Shown one piece after another: positions 1 to 10,345 of a stretch of DNA of 64,000 bases. Every line of letters starts with the position of its first letter. Positions within the stretch are counted from its first letter, which is position 1. A model generated the notes under the pieces. That model saw only the letters and a program-made list of their open reading frames with translations, had not been told where the DNA came from and searched no databases. The stretch comes from an uncultured Rhodopirellula sp. Its GTDB lineage: Bacteria; Planctomycetota; Planctomycetia; Pirellulales; Pirellulaceae. The DNA is taken from the NCBI GenBank assembly GCA_964007735.1, contig CAXGAI010000010.1, forward strand, positions 62,001 through 126,000, written 5' to 3'. The position numbers and the translations under genes were made by a program.

Positions 1-867
1 GAAGTAACGCTTCCCTAACTCCAGGTCAATATCGACGGTGTCGGCAATTTCCTGACTTCTGGAAACTGCATCCTCCATCCCCGGAAAGGCCTCGTACATC
101 TGCTCAGCGCTTTTCAAATAGTACTCGTTGCCGTCCATTTTCATACGAGAAGTGTCCGTACGGAATCTTCCGGTATTAATACACAGCATCACATCCTGAG
201 CTTCTGCATCCTCAGCATCAACATAATGACAATCACTAGTAGCCACGACCGGAGTCCCCAATTTTTTAGCTACTGCTACCGCACCTTCGAGTGCCATACG
301 CTGAATCTCAATTCCGTTATTCATCACTTCGATAAAGTAACGATCACCAAAGAGGGATTCAAACCACTTAGAGGCTTCAATTGCCTTATCTAAATTCGGA
401 ATATCTCCGTAGCCTTTAAGAATGGCCTGATTAAATTCACTCGAAACACATCCGCTTAAACAGATAATCCCTTCGCTATGATCTTCAAGCAGCTGCTTAT
501 CAATTCTTGGTTTGTAGTAAAAACCTTCGAGGTACGCATGGGATGCCATCTTTACCAGATTTTTAAACCCGGTACGATTTTGAGCTAGCAACGTAAGGTG
601 ATAATTCGACTCCCGCATCGAACCGGACTTCTCAAAACGGCTACTCGGAGCAATGTAGGCTTCATAACCGATGATTGGATTGATTTCGTTCTTCCTGCAC
701 TCTTTATAAAACTGCAAGGCGCCGTGCAAATTTCCGTGATCCGTGATGGCTAAAGCATTAAAACCGTGGTCTTTTGCTCGGCCTACGAGCTTCGGAATAC
801 TGGACGCGCCATCAAGCAAGCTATAGTGCGTGTGGCAGTGTAAATGAGTAAACGGCCGAGTACTCAT
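1..867 (-). CDS. dnaE: DNA polymerase III alpha subunit, N-terminal PHP region (partial, runs off the window start)
   Basis: Not in the ORF track. Hand translation of the minus strand from ATG 867 (alternative in-frame ATG 873) gives MSTRPFTHLHCHTHYSLLDGA...AITDHGNLHGA, the DnaE PHP motif. Confidence 0.95.
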   Translation of the reverse strand, partial: MSTRPFTHLHCHTHYSLLDGASSIPKLVGRAKDHGFNALAITDHGNLHGALQFYKECRKNEINPIIGYEAYIAPSSRFEKSGSMRESNYHLTLLAQNRTGFKNLVKMASHAYLEGFYYKPRIDKQLLEDHSEGIICLSGCVSSEFNQAILKGYGDIPNLDKAIEASKWFESLFGDRYFIEVMNNGIEIQRMALEGAVAVAKKLGTPVVATSDCHYVDAEDAEAQDVMLCINTGRFRTDTSRMKMDGNEYYLKSAEQMYEAFPGMEDAVSRSQEIADTVDIDLELGKRYF

Positions 868-1065
868 GGGCATCCTATCCCTATCGTTGTGAGTCTAAAA
901 AGAAACCGGTCTAATGGCTTTCAATTCTAAAAAAGAAAACGGCGAAGGACAATTGACCGCCGTGATAAATATGAGCTGAGTCCTAGCCGACCGCTAGTGT
1001 CCAAGCCGGTTTGCCTGCGGACTATTAAGCAAAGACTTTTGATAGCTCCCACACGGTAAACCCTA

Positions 1066-1749
1066 TTATTCCGGTTCACCAATCCGACGGATATATTCAG
1101 AAACTCGAGATTGCAAATCCAGCAGGCTTTGCCATTTCCGAAAGCTCAACCCCATGGTATCTGTGTCTATTTTAGTGGATGAGTTCATCAAAGATCGCAA
1201 GCGAGCATGTACAAATTCCATAACTTCAGCCAATTGGGCCGCTTGCCCGGGCGATAATCGACTCGGCATCTCTGGTGGATCAAGGACGTGCAGCGCGGCT
1301 TGAATCTCCCGATCATCGTCGTAATTCAGTTCAAAGCCAAGGTCAGCACGTGACGCCAGCGATTCATCCGTATTGCCTCCGGACTCTGAACCGGTATCAC
1401 CAGTACGTTGCTGCTGCAAGCGATCTGCAATCTGATCCCGAGAGCCAAACAAGAGAACACTACGGCCCACTGAGATCAGATCACCATAGCGAAGAATCCT
1501 AATCTGAACTTCCTCCCCGTTGACCTTTGTTCCGTTCGTACTTTCCAGATCAGTAAGAACAACCTGTTCATGATCCAGCTGCAGTTTGACATGAAAACGA
1601 CTAATGCGTTCGTCGTTCAACTGAATCTCATTACCTTCTTCACGACCGATGGTTATCGGCAATTCAAGGTCATTATAGATACGACCCCGATCGGCACCAT
1701 CGAGCACACGTAACGTGAGCGAGTCGGGAAGGGGATGAGATTGATTCAA
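1066..1749 (-). CDS. FHA domain protein
   Basis: FHA motifs GR(EEG), SRFH and STNGT; helical C-terminal region. Confidence 0.85.
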   Translation of the reverse strand: MNQSHPLPDSLTLRVLDGADRGRIYNDLELPITIGREEGNEIQLNDERISRFHVKLQLDHEQVVLTDLESTNGTKVNGEEVQIRILRYGDLISVGRSVLLFGSRDQIADRLQQQRTGDTGSESGGNTDESLASRADLGFELNYDDDREIQAALHVLDPPEMPSRLSPGQAAQLAEVMEFVHARLRSLMNSSTKIDTDTMGLSFRKWQSLLDLQSRVSEYIRRIGEPE

Positions 1750-1870
1750 TATTTTACTCCCGGGAGAAGTTTAGATATCACCAATCGTATACCTGAATTT
1801 AGCTTTTGGGAATCTAGAAAACCGAAGGCATCACCCAGCTTGAACAAATCCATATTTCACTATGCGCATG

Positions 1871-1898
1871 AAAAACGGAACCGCAAAGGCTCCGTTTT
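1871..1898 (-). terminator. Probable intrinsic terminator after ilvC
   Basis: Minus strand reads AAAACGGAGCC-TTTGC-GGTTCCGTTTTT, about 20 nt past the ilvC stop. Confidence 0.6.
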
Positions 1899-1919
1899 CC
1901 AGATTGCAGTCCATGTAGA

Positions 1920-2924
1920 TTAATATTCTTTTGCATCAATCCAAGTCATTAGTTTACGCAGGCGACGACCGACCAATTCCAATTCATGGTCTTTATCGAT
2001 TCGGCGGCGACTCTTGAAGTTAGCTGCTCCGCCTTTATTTTCCAAAATCCAGTTTCTGGCAAATACACCTTCCTGAATTTCCTTTAATACCTGACGCATT
2101 ACCTGACGCGTATCTTCGGTGATGATACGTGGACCGGTCATGTAATCACCATACTCAGCAGTGTTTGAAACACTATATCGCATGTAGCTAATACCGCCTT
2201 CATAGAACAGATCAACTATCAACTTCAATTCATGAAGACATTCGAAGTAAGCCATCTCAGGTTGGTAACCGGCTTCCACCAAAGTTTCAAAAGCCATCTT
2301 CACCAATTCGCTAACGCCACCGCAAAGGACAACCTGTTCACCGAACAAGTCCGTTTCGGTCTCTTCCGCAAAGGACGTCTCTATCACACCACCGCGAGTA
2401 CCACCGATACCTTTTGCATAAGCCAAACCAAGTGCCTTCGTTTCTTCACTGGCACCCTCACTCAATGCAATCAGACTGGGAACCCCACCGCCTTTTTCAT
2501 ATTCTGCCCGAACCAGATGTCCAGGGCCTTTCGGAGCGACCAGCAGAGCATCAACACCAGCTGGTGGTGCTACCTGTCCAAAATGAATGTTGAAACCATG
2601 TGAGCACATCAGGATGTTACCTTCGCTCAGATTGTCACGAATCTGTTCACGGTAGATGTCACCCTGAACTTCATCCGGAAGCAGTACATTAACAAGATCA
2701 CCCTGCTGAGTTGCTTCAGCAAGTGAGACTGGCTCGAAACCGTGGCTTACAGCCAGGTCATAGTTTGCACTTCCAGGACGCTGACCAATAATCACGTTAC
2801 ATCCGCTATCACGGAGGTTCTGTGCCTGAGCGTGTCCCTGCGAACCATAACCGAGAATTGCGATTGTCTTATCTTTCAAAAGAGAAAGATCAGCATCATT
2901 GTCGTAATAAATCTGGGCTGCCAT
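1920..2924 (-). CDS. ilvC: Ketol-acid reductoisomerase
   Basis: [40 protein letters not shown]. Confidence 0.98.
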   Translation of the reverse strand: MAAQIYYDNDADLSLLKDKTIAILGYGSQGHAQAQNLRDSGCNVIIGQRPGSANYDLAVSHGFEPVSLAEATQQGDLVNVLLPDEVQGDIYREQIRDNLSEGNILMCSHGFNIHFGQVAPPAGVDALLVAPKGPGHLVRAEYEKGGGVPSLIALSEGASEETKALGLAYAKGIGGTRGGVIETSFAEETETDLFGEQVVLCGGVSELVKMAFETLVEAGYQPEMAYFECLHELKLIVDLFYEGGISYMRYSVSNTAEYGDYMTGPRIITEDTRQVMRQVLKEIQEGVFARNWILENKGGAANFKSRRRIDKDHELELVGRRLRKLMTWIDAKEY

Positions 2925-3022
2925 TGAAAGTTACCTTCTTTCACTTACATATAAATTGGGGTCTTGTTTTATTCATCTGAGGCCACGCGAGTTATAAACA
3001 CTCACTATCGGGGCAAACTCAG

Positions 3023-3532
3023 TCACTCTTCGCCGTTTTCGTTTGAAGCCAGCGAATCGCTGCGAATCAGTGCAATACGTCCTGTACGCGACAAGGCCGT
3101 AATACCGAAAGGGCGGACACGTTCAATGAATGCTTCCAACTTGGATTCACGACCGGAAATCTCAATCATCATCTCTGCATGACCTACATCCACGATCTTG
3201 CCACGAAAGATATCCACCAATTCACGAATCTCAGATCGCTGACTACCTGCCTCAGCCTTTACTTTAATGATCATCAAATCACGCTCAACATGCTGATGAG
3301 CACTGATATCCGTCACCTGAACCACAGTCACGATCTTTTCCAGCTGTTTTGCAACCTGCTCGAGCACACTTTCACCACCGACCACCACAAATGTCATTCG
3401 TGAAAGTGTCGGATCTTCAGTCGCACCCACTGCAAGTGAGTCGATATTAAAACCACGGGACGCAAGCATACCCGAGACGTGCGCAAGCACTCCGGGAACG
3501 TTTTGAACCAAGGCTGAGATAACGTGACGCAT
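3023..3532 (-). CDS. ilvN: Acetolactate synthase small (regulatory) subunit
   Basis: ACT domain NVPGVLAHVSGMLASRGFNIDSL; C-terminal SRTGRIAL; adjacent to ilvC. Confidence 0.95.
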   Translation of the reverse strand: MRHVISALVQNVPGVLAHVSGMLASRGFNIDSLAVGATEDPTLSRMTFVVVGGESVLEQVAKQLEKIVTVVQVTDISAHQHVERDLMIIKVKAEAGSQRSEIRELVDIFRGKIVDVGHAEMMIEISGRESKLEAFIERVRPFGITALSRTGRIALIRSDSLASNENGEE

Positions 3533-3730
3533 AGTTGAATTCGCTATTACTTGACAGCTTCAATAAACGGGTAAACATGCATCCTAGACTGACTTATTCA
3601 CATCGACAAGTGGGAGAATGAACCCCAACAAGTGCAGAAAACATCAGTGGCTAACGAATTAGATAAGACGATGGTAATACATAGCGAAAGTGAGGGTTGG
3701 ATCACCTGAATCTCTTATCTCCACATAGCT

Positions 3731-4612
3731 TTATTCAGACTCAAGCACCTGCTTTGTCAGGAACTGTTTCAAAGCTGATTTATAATGTTGCTGACTTGGC
3801 TGAGACCAACTGCCAATCCCGTGATTACCAGCCACGACTGAAACAAGGCGACTATAGTTACCTTGTTTCCTTAAGGCCTGGTGCATACTGATCGACTGTT
3901 CAATCGGCACTCCATAATCACGTGTGCCATGCAATAACAAATAGGGGGGCATTTTTTCATGGACATGAGTGACACACGAAGCCGCTTTCAAAATCTTTCT
4001 GGTCTCCTCGGTCACTTCCTTAAACCCCAAATAAGCTGCCAGGCCACCGGAAATACAACCACCCTTAGGCCGCGGAATTGTTTTACCATCCACGGCACAT
4101 GGATTTTCAGAAACTCGATTAATCAAATCGTGCTCACCAAAGAATGAAATCACACCGGCCACTTCATTACCCGGTTTATGTTTCGCGCCAACGTAAGAAA
4201 CCAATAACCCACCAGCCGAGTCCCCCATCAGCACTAGCTTGTCAGGATTCACGTTAAACCGTTTGCTATTGGTTTTAACGAAAGCAATGGCTCGTTCGAC
4301 ATCATCGGTCAAGATTGGGTATTTCACCTGCGGAGCAAGTCGATAATTAACGCTGATATAAGAAAAACCTAACTTCATCAGTGGCTCGAAGAGAGGTCCT
4401 TGAATCTGCGATTTGTCTCCACTGGTAAATCCACCTCCGTGGACATAAATAATACAGGGCATTGGGGTATCGCTAGGATGCATGTAGGCATCAAGCCTTA
4501 GTGACACGCCGTCAACATTAGCAAACTCTACGTCTTTCACGGTGCTATACGATGGTTGAGCGTGACAGGTCGTTGCAAATAGGAACGCGATAATCAAGTA
4601 TAGAATTCTCAT
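3731..4612 (-). CDS. Secreted alpha/beta hydrolase (HSL-like esterase)
   Basis: Signal peptide; HGGGF oxyanion motif; GDSAGG nucleophile elbow; HGTRD and NHG catalytic Asp/His. Confidence 0.9.
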   Translation of the reverse strand: MRILYLIIAFLFATTCHAQPSYSTVKDVEFANVDGVSLRLDAYMHPSDTPMPCIIYVHGGGFTSGDKSQIQGPLFEPLMKLGFSYISVNYRLAPQVKYPILTDDVERAIAFVKTNSKRFNVNPDKLVLMGDSAGGLLVSYVGAKHKPGNEVAGVISFFGEHDLINRVSENPCAVDGKTIPRPKGGCISGGLAAYLGFKEVTEETRKILKAASCVTHVHEKMPPYLLLHGTRDYGVPIEQSISMHQALRKQGNYSRLVSVVAGNHGIGSWSQPSQQHYKSALKQFLTKQVLESE

Positions 4613-4996
4613 CTTAGAATCTTCTTTTCTTTATCATTGTTATGGAGTGGAGGGCTTCAAAGCATGTCATTTCATTATCACACCTTGAGGGTGCGGGTTA
4701 CAATGAAACCTGAATAAGATAATGGTAACAATCAATGAATCGTGACAGTGGGATTCACGCACTTCGAAAAACATTTACCTTTGGTTCGCTTATCCCTAAC
4801 TATGATCTTCTCAGCGACTCTGTGAGTAATATTCATTGATGACTAACTCGCGAAGGAAACACTACAATGTGCGAAGCTGGCATTCTCAAGGTCACTTGCC
4901 CGAAATTGGGCTGGGAACCTCTAATCCCGACCCGCTCACCAGACCCTCAGAGTAACACGTACCATGGGCTCTAGATTGCCTGCACGGCTCGCAGAA

Positions 4997-7918
4997 TCAC
5001 TCGTTGCTTGTTGCGGTGGGCCGCGTGAATACGGGAAGAATTTTCTGAGGCACCATACGCAACATTTCCCCCATCCCTTGGTGGTGTGCAGTCACCACGA
5101 TGATCAAATCCAATTCCGGCAATATGAGAATGAATTGGCCACCTGCGCCACGACCCGATTGACAATCGTACGTACGATCTCCGACCCGCATGTCGTGTCG
5201 CCACCAGAAATAACCGTAGGATGTTCCCTGAGGATTAGTGTGGATACGATCTGTTGCACGTTGGACAAAGTCAGCCGGAATCAATTGTTGGTCATTCCAC
5301 CTGCCAGCGTTACTCACCAACACACCCCACTTGAGCATGTCACGCGAACACATACTGCTTCCAGCAGCTGATTTAGGGAGTCCACTGACGTCATCTTGCC
5401 AGGCAAAATTGGTAATTCCAAGTTTCGCAAGTAGTTCTGTTTCGATAAAATTTCTGGCCGAACCCGGGACGACTGCTTCCAGTACCTGCATCGCCACCGA
5501 AGGATCTGAGCCTTGGTATTTGAAGGTCTTTTTGGTCCTGGGTATTGGGGCGCTGTATTGCAAGTAAGCCTGGATTTGCCCCTGCCCCAACAAAAGATCC
5601 TTTTCTTTTCTAAGCTCATTAACTTCAGCGCGATCAATCCGAATCCCTGATTTCATGTTCAGCGCCTGGGCGAGTGTGATCTGCTCAGCCCCGGAAACGA
5701 TTTTCGATTGATCAATCTCTTTTAGAAAATCAATGATGGGACGATCCAAGTCCTCCATGCTGAGATGATTTAACTGAATCGCTCGACCGATCGCCATCGC
5801 GGTGTAGGATTTGGTGATCGACATTTGGTAGTGAGGGTAATTAATTCGACCACGACGATAGTAAGACTCAAAAAGTAATCTGTCGTTGCGATATAACAGA
5901 AGACTATCAATCTCTCCATGATCGCCGGCAGCAATCTCCTCTGCAAAAGCGAGAAGAGCCTTCGAGAGATTAGTGGCCTTACCTAAGCTGCCGACAGCGA
6001 TTCCGTCCATTCGATCTTGTGGCGAAGTGTTGAAAAACGGCGTTTTCAGATACGGAACATTTTTTTCCAGCGCATAGGAAACATCCTCCGCCTGAAGGTC
6101 TGCAATTTCAGGAGCGGTTCCTTCATCAATCTCTCGACTTCCTGGTTCCCGATTCTCTATTTGGTATTTTTCAGGATCATCCTTTTGACGTATAACTCCA
6201 CGCATGGGCGAGCCAACGTTTTGTTTCATAGCCGGCCGTATCCAATCCGTTGTCAGGTAACCTTCCGGAACCTGAGGCTTGGTAACGTCGATGATCTCAT
6301 TTTTCGGATCAAATAACGGCCAGTCATCTGTACGAAATGGTGAGGCGGGCAAGCCTTCGCGATTGTAGAGCAGGTTACGTTTGGACGGGTTCATCGCCCA
6401 CGCATAGCGTACCGCAACGGGTGATTTGACTTGACTCGACGAAACAATCACTTGATTACCCTCGATGACAGCATCTGCCCATTGCCACTGCCTATCAGCC
6501 CCAGCAATTGCAAAAGAGTTCAATCTTGTGTCATCCGATTGGATCAAATCGTTGGCTGTAATCAGGCCGCTGCCGATGGAATCAAAGTCCAGAAAGATTC
6601 GATTCCCGTTAATGTTTTGATTTCGCAACCGTGGCCCCGAACCTACCACGTTGATGTCATAAATATTTTCAAGCGCATACAAGGCATGTCGTATTCCGAT
6701 CGGTCGTTTATTCTTGGGGTGCAGGAGAATCGGATCCCCTGTATCGATGGAAACAACGAGCCCTACATTGCGCATTTCCTTGCCGGCCAAACGCATCGCC
6801 TCACGGTTAACGACCCAAGGTGCTTCCAAGTCTTCAGTGGGCTTATTTTGCGGTGCATGCCAACTGGGCAACTGAGTAAGGATAAACGGGAAATCTTCGT
6901 CAACATTTCCATCCGACTGCTCGTGCCAGGAAGATCGGTAATAGCTGATTAATTTCTTGATTTGCTCGTGATAGTGTTCTGCCTGCGGAACATTCTTTGA
7001 ATTCCTTTCACCCTGATACCAGATCGCACCTCGAATACCATAAGGCCGAACAGGATGAATCATGGCGTTGTAGATATGACCAGGATATTGATGGCCAAGG
7101 TTGGCGGGCTTTGTAATAAAGGGGGGTTGTAATTTTCTCCACTGATTCTTCATCGTTTCACCTGCGGCAACCTTTTGCCTGTAGGTGATGTGTTCCTGCT
7201 CCCACGTCTTCAACGCTTCATCACGGTCATAACGCCGTGACGTTTTGTTTAATTGAGCCATGTGTTGGTCTGTGCGTTTTTCGCCAGCTTGAATATTGAC
7301 GGGCATCCAGCCTTCGATAGGTGTTCCAGCGTAAGCCTGAACAATGATTCCAACGGGAACCCCAAGAGTTTCCTGGAGCGTCTTACCAAAGTAGTAGGAA
7401 ACGGCTGAAGTCGTTGTAGCGGTGTCAGGTGTGCAGGAAACCCATGTGGCGAGTAGATCACGTGATTCATCGAGTGGTTCATGCCAGTGTTCACGCGATG
7501 ATTTGAAGATCCTCAGATTTGGTACATTCGCATGTACCGCTTCGCGATCAGCGTCAAAACAATTACCCAGTGCCCATCCCATGTTGGATTGACCTGCACA
7601 TAACCAGACCTCACCAATCGCGACGTCTTTTAGTACTATCGCATTGTTTCCACGTATGGTGATGGAATATCCAGTTCCATGCAAAGGTGTTTGCAGTGGG
7701 ACTCGCCACTTACCTACAGCATTGGCTGTCGTCTTGGCGGTATTACCCCAACTCGCTTCAACCGATATTTTTTCACCCGGATCGGCAAAGCCCCAGACAA
7801 TATTTTCCGTCTTTTGCTGCAATACCATGCGATCACTGAAAAGACTGGGCATACGCACATCAGCGTGTGAGATACATTGGACGCTGAAAAGCAATACGAC
7901 TGTTGTGAGTGACTTCAT
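4997..7918 (-). CDS. Secreted fusion of a sialate O-acetylesterase-family (SGNH) domain and a beta-lactamase-fold serine hydrolase
   Basis: N-half has GEVWLCAGQSNM, IWYQGERN, DPILLHPKNK and VRYAW. C-half has SITK (SxxK), FKYQG, YGYFWW and GRGAGGQ. Confidence 0.85.
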   Translation of the reverse strand: MKSLTTVVLLFSVQCISHADVRMPSLFSDRMVLQQKTENIVWGFADPGEKISVEASWGNTAKTTANAVGKWRVPLQTPLHGTGYSITIRGNNAIVLKDVAIGEVWLCAGQSNMGWALGNCFDADREAVHANVPNLRIFKSSREHWHEPLDESRDLLATWVSCTPDTATTTSAVSYYFGKTLQETLGVPVGIIVQAYAGTPIEGWMPVNIQAGEKRTDQHMAQLNKTSRRYDRDEALKTWEQEHITYRQKVAAGETMKNQWRKLQPPFITKPANLGHQYPGHIYNAMIHPVRPYGIRGAIWYQGERNSKNVPQAEHYHEQIKKLISYYRSSWHEQSDGNVDEDFPFILTQLPSWHAPQNKPTEDLEAPWVVNREAMRLAGKEMRNVGLVVSIDTGDPILLHPKNKRPIGIRHALYALENIYDINVVGSGPRLRNQNINGNRIFLDFDSIGSGLITANDLIQSDDTRLNSFAIAGADRQWQWADAVIEGNQVIVSSSQVKSPVAVRYAWAMNPSKRNLLYNREGLPASPFRTDDWPLFDPKNEIIDVTKPQVPEGYLTTDWIRPAMKQNVGSPMRGVIRQKDDPEKYQIENREPGSREIDEGTAPEIADLQAEDVSYALEKNVPYLKTPFFNTSPQDRMDGIAVGSLGKATNLSKALLAFAEEIAAGDHGEIDSLLLYRNDRLLFESYYRRGRINYPHYQMSITKSYTAMAIGRAIQLNHLSMEDLDRPIIDFLKEIDQSKIVSGAEQITLAQALNMKSGIRIDRAEVNELRKEKDLLLGQGQIQAYLQYSAPIPRTKKTFKYQGSDPSVAMQVLEAVVPGSARNFIETELLAKLGITNFAWQDDVSGLPKSAAGSSMCSRDMLKWGVLVSNAGRWNDQQLIPADFVQRATDRIHTNPQGTSYGYFWWRHDMRVGDRTYDCQSGRGAGGQFILILPELDLIIVVTAHHQGMGEMLRMVPQKILPVFTRPTATSNE

Positions 7919-8007
7919 AGAAGATTTTCAACGATAAAAGAACAATACGAATTTAATGATGTACCGCTAGATTTTGTTTATCGAATTCCCGTTTAGTGCC
8001 CAAAATC

Positions 8008-9210
8008 TCACGGTTTCGAAAGGGTTCCCACAAGGGAAGCAATTTCACCTGCAAGCCGATTCACACTACCATCACCATTAGGGTGTAGGCGATTGCTAAG
8101 AAAAATAAATACGCGGTCTCTTTCAGGATCGATCCACATCACTGTACCGGTGAAACCCCCATGGCCAAACGCAGTATCAGAAAATTGATCGCCGCGATTG
8201 CTCGAGTAGGGTGAACGGTGGTCCCAGCCATAGGTTCGCGTACCAATAATTTGCGATTCACGCTGTACACTGCGGGGGCGAGTCATCATTTTGAAGGTGG
8301 ACCGAGGAAATGGTAAGGTTTCATCACCTGCCGAAATACGCAGCATTTGCTGACCATATTTTGTCAGATCATCGGCGGTCGAAAACAGGCCTGCATGTCC
8401 AGCAACCCCCTGCAGTAGATGAGCGCGTGGATCGTGGACTTCACCTTTAAGCCACTTCCCGTCACGTTGTTCCGTTGTCGCGCCTCGTTTTTTGAGTTCC
8501 ACCGGCGGGTTGAAGGTTGTTTCTTTCATCGCAAGGGGAGCGAACACATGCTGTTGTGCATATTTGTCTAACGGTTGGTTGCTGATTCGCTCAACAAGCT
8601 TCCCCAAAACAATAAATCCGACATCCGTGTATGTGAATCTTGTTCCGCGATCCGTAACAGGCTTCAAGTCACAAATTTTCTTCCATGAGGTTTCAACTCC
8701 GTCGCGGTAGTCACGCAGCGAATTGTCGGGGATCAGGCCACCCACATGTAATAGCAGGTCTTCGACCGTGATCACATCTTTGCCATGCTTACCGAATTCA
8801 GGCAGGAAATCAGAGACCTTTGACTGAGGAGAAAGCTGTCCTTCACCAATGAGTTTCATTATCGAGGTTGCAGTAGCAATTGGTTTGGTCAGAGATGCAA
8901 GGTCGAACACAGTATCGACCGTCATCCGTTCAGCAATCGGTTTTACCTGCCTTTGTCCAAAGGCGCGACGATAAAGTACGCGTTCACGGTCGGCAATAAC
9001 CACCACCGCACCCGGCATTTTCCCGTCTTTGATGCCTTGTTCAACAATCGACTCAATGGCATCAAAGTTTGGTTGGATAGACGATGCCTGACAATCATCC
9101 GAGCGCACCGGAAAAGCAGCCAAAGATTCTCCATGCGTAAAAATAGGTATGAATAAAACAAATAGGACCACATGGAAACTTTGTGAACGATTTGCAAGCG
9201 AAAATAGCAT
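8008..9210 (-). CDS. Beta-lactamase-fold serine hydrolase (AmiE/YbbE-like)
   Basis: FDLASLTK, YTD, GEVHDPRA, GVAGHAGLFST, FGHGGFTGT. Start uncertain (ATG 9210 or TTG 9285). Confidence 0.85.
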   Translation of the reverse strand: MLFSLANRSQSFHVVLFVLFIPIFTHGESLAAFPVRSDDCQASSIQPNFDAIESIVEQGIKDGKMPGAVVVIADRERVLYRRAFGQRQVKPIAERMTVDTVFDLASLTKPIATATSIMKLIGEGQLSPQSKVSDFLPEFGKHGKDVITVEDLLLHVGGLIPDNSLRDYRDGVETSWKKICDLKPVTDRGTRFTYTDVGFIVLGKLVERISNQPLDKYAQQHVFAPLAMKETTFNPPVELKKRGATTEQRDGKWLKGEVHDPRAHLLQGVAGHAGLFSTADDLTKYGQQMLRISAGDETLPFPRSTFKMMTRPRSVQRESQIIGTRTYGWDHRSPYSSNRGDQFSDTAFGHGGFTGTVMWIDPERDRVFIFLSNRLHPNGDGSVNRLAGEIASLVGTLSKP

Positions 9211-9355
9211 ATTGGTTTTCTCGTTGATCAGCGATCTAACAGTTCGTGTTGAAGACAAAATAAGAGTGAGGCAAAGAATAAACAAGAAGGGTGGAGAAAT
9301 AATACTCTATACGAAATTGGTGTCTGCTATCCTATTTCAATGAGCTCTAAAAGTA

Positions 9356-9514
9356 ATGAGCCTAACTAAACGAACCGGACTTTTGGTCATTGCTGTATTG
9401 TTTCTGTGCGGCTGCCAAGAAATCCCCGAACATAATTCTAATCCGGTTGACACCCCAGTGGCCAAAAAGATCCCTGTTAACAGACCTTTGTATATTGGTC
9501 ATACCCTAATCTAA
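9356..9514 (+). CDS. Putative small lipoprotein (52 aa)
   Basis: Hand translation MSLTKRTGLLVIAVLFLCGCQEIPEHNSNPVDTPVAKKIPVNRPLYIGHTLI*. Basic n-region, hydrophobic core and lipobox-like LCG-C. Shorter than the ORFs listed in the track. Confidence 0.5.
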   Translation: MSLTKRTGLLVIAVLFLCGCQEIPEHNSNPVDTPVAKKIPVNRPLYIGHTLI

Positions 9515-9779
9515 AATGGACCTGTCTTTTCAGTATCCTATCACTCGCATTCTACCTCTTCGTTATGCTCCAAATCCCCGCGATAGCATAGCTAATGAGT
9601 TTTTAGCCGGTAGATCTGAACAAAACCATCCAATGCTTGGTTAACGCTACAATTGTTGATACGTCAACTTAACTTGAACTGCTGACATACTCTGATGATA
9701 CTAAAACTAGTTGCGCGCCAGTCCATCTAGTAGCAGTGTGCTTGGAATCCATTACATCCCTGAACCTATCGAAAGTCCG

Positions 9780-10076
9780 ATGCATCTACAGATCGTTAAT
9801 TTCAAACTCAATGGCATCGCCCGAACAGAATATGATGCCATCCTTGCTGAAGTCTCTTCAGTTTTCCCGACCATTCCAGGGCTTAGGGCTAAGTATTTCC
9901 TCGCAGATGATGAGGGGAACACATACGGCGGTGTCTATATCTGGGAGAGTCAGCAAGCCATGCAGGATTACCAATCCGGTGAAATTTTCAAAGGTATCCA
10001 GGAGCAGCAGGCATTCATGGATGTTACCTCACGCGACTTCGATGTCATTGACGCTCCAACATTTGTAAAAGAATAA
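9780..10076 (+). CDS. YdhR-family putative monooxygenase
   Basis: IPGLRAKYFL...NTYGGVYIWESQ pattern; 98 aa from ATG 9780. Confidence 0.75.
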   Translation: MHLQIVNFKLNGIARTEYDAILAEVSSVFPTIPGLRAKYFLADDEGNTYGGVYIWESQQAMQDYQSGEIFKGIQEQQAFMDVTSRDFDVIDAPTFVKE

Positions 10077-10345
10077 TTGGTCGTCTGGATTTGCTTCGCT
10101 CTGCCTAAGAAGTCTTTGCTTTTGGTGTTGAGTTTGTCTGAGATTTGGCTGACACGTTTGTAGTCGCTGTTGCGTTCACTGTCGATCACCGCAGGGCCTA
10201 CTTCGTGTAGGCACCTTCATACAACCGCGTGGAGTCAAGGCATTTTCGTTGACACGGAAATATCCTGTGCCAAGAATCAAAGGATACCCCGTTCCCTAAA
10301 ATATCGCGATACATGAGCATTATCTAATGGCTTGCAAGGTACCCT

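Noticed and set aside
4997..9285. Calling the SxxK proteins antibiotic-resistance beta-lactamases
   Set aside because: They lack the class C YxN and KTG motifs; their motifs fit esterase/amidase subfamilies.
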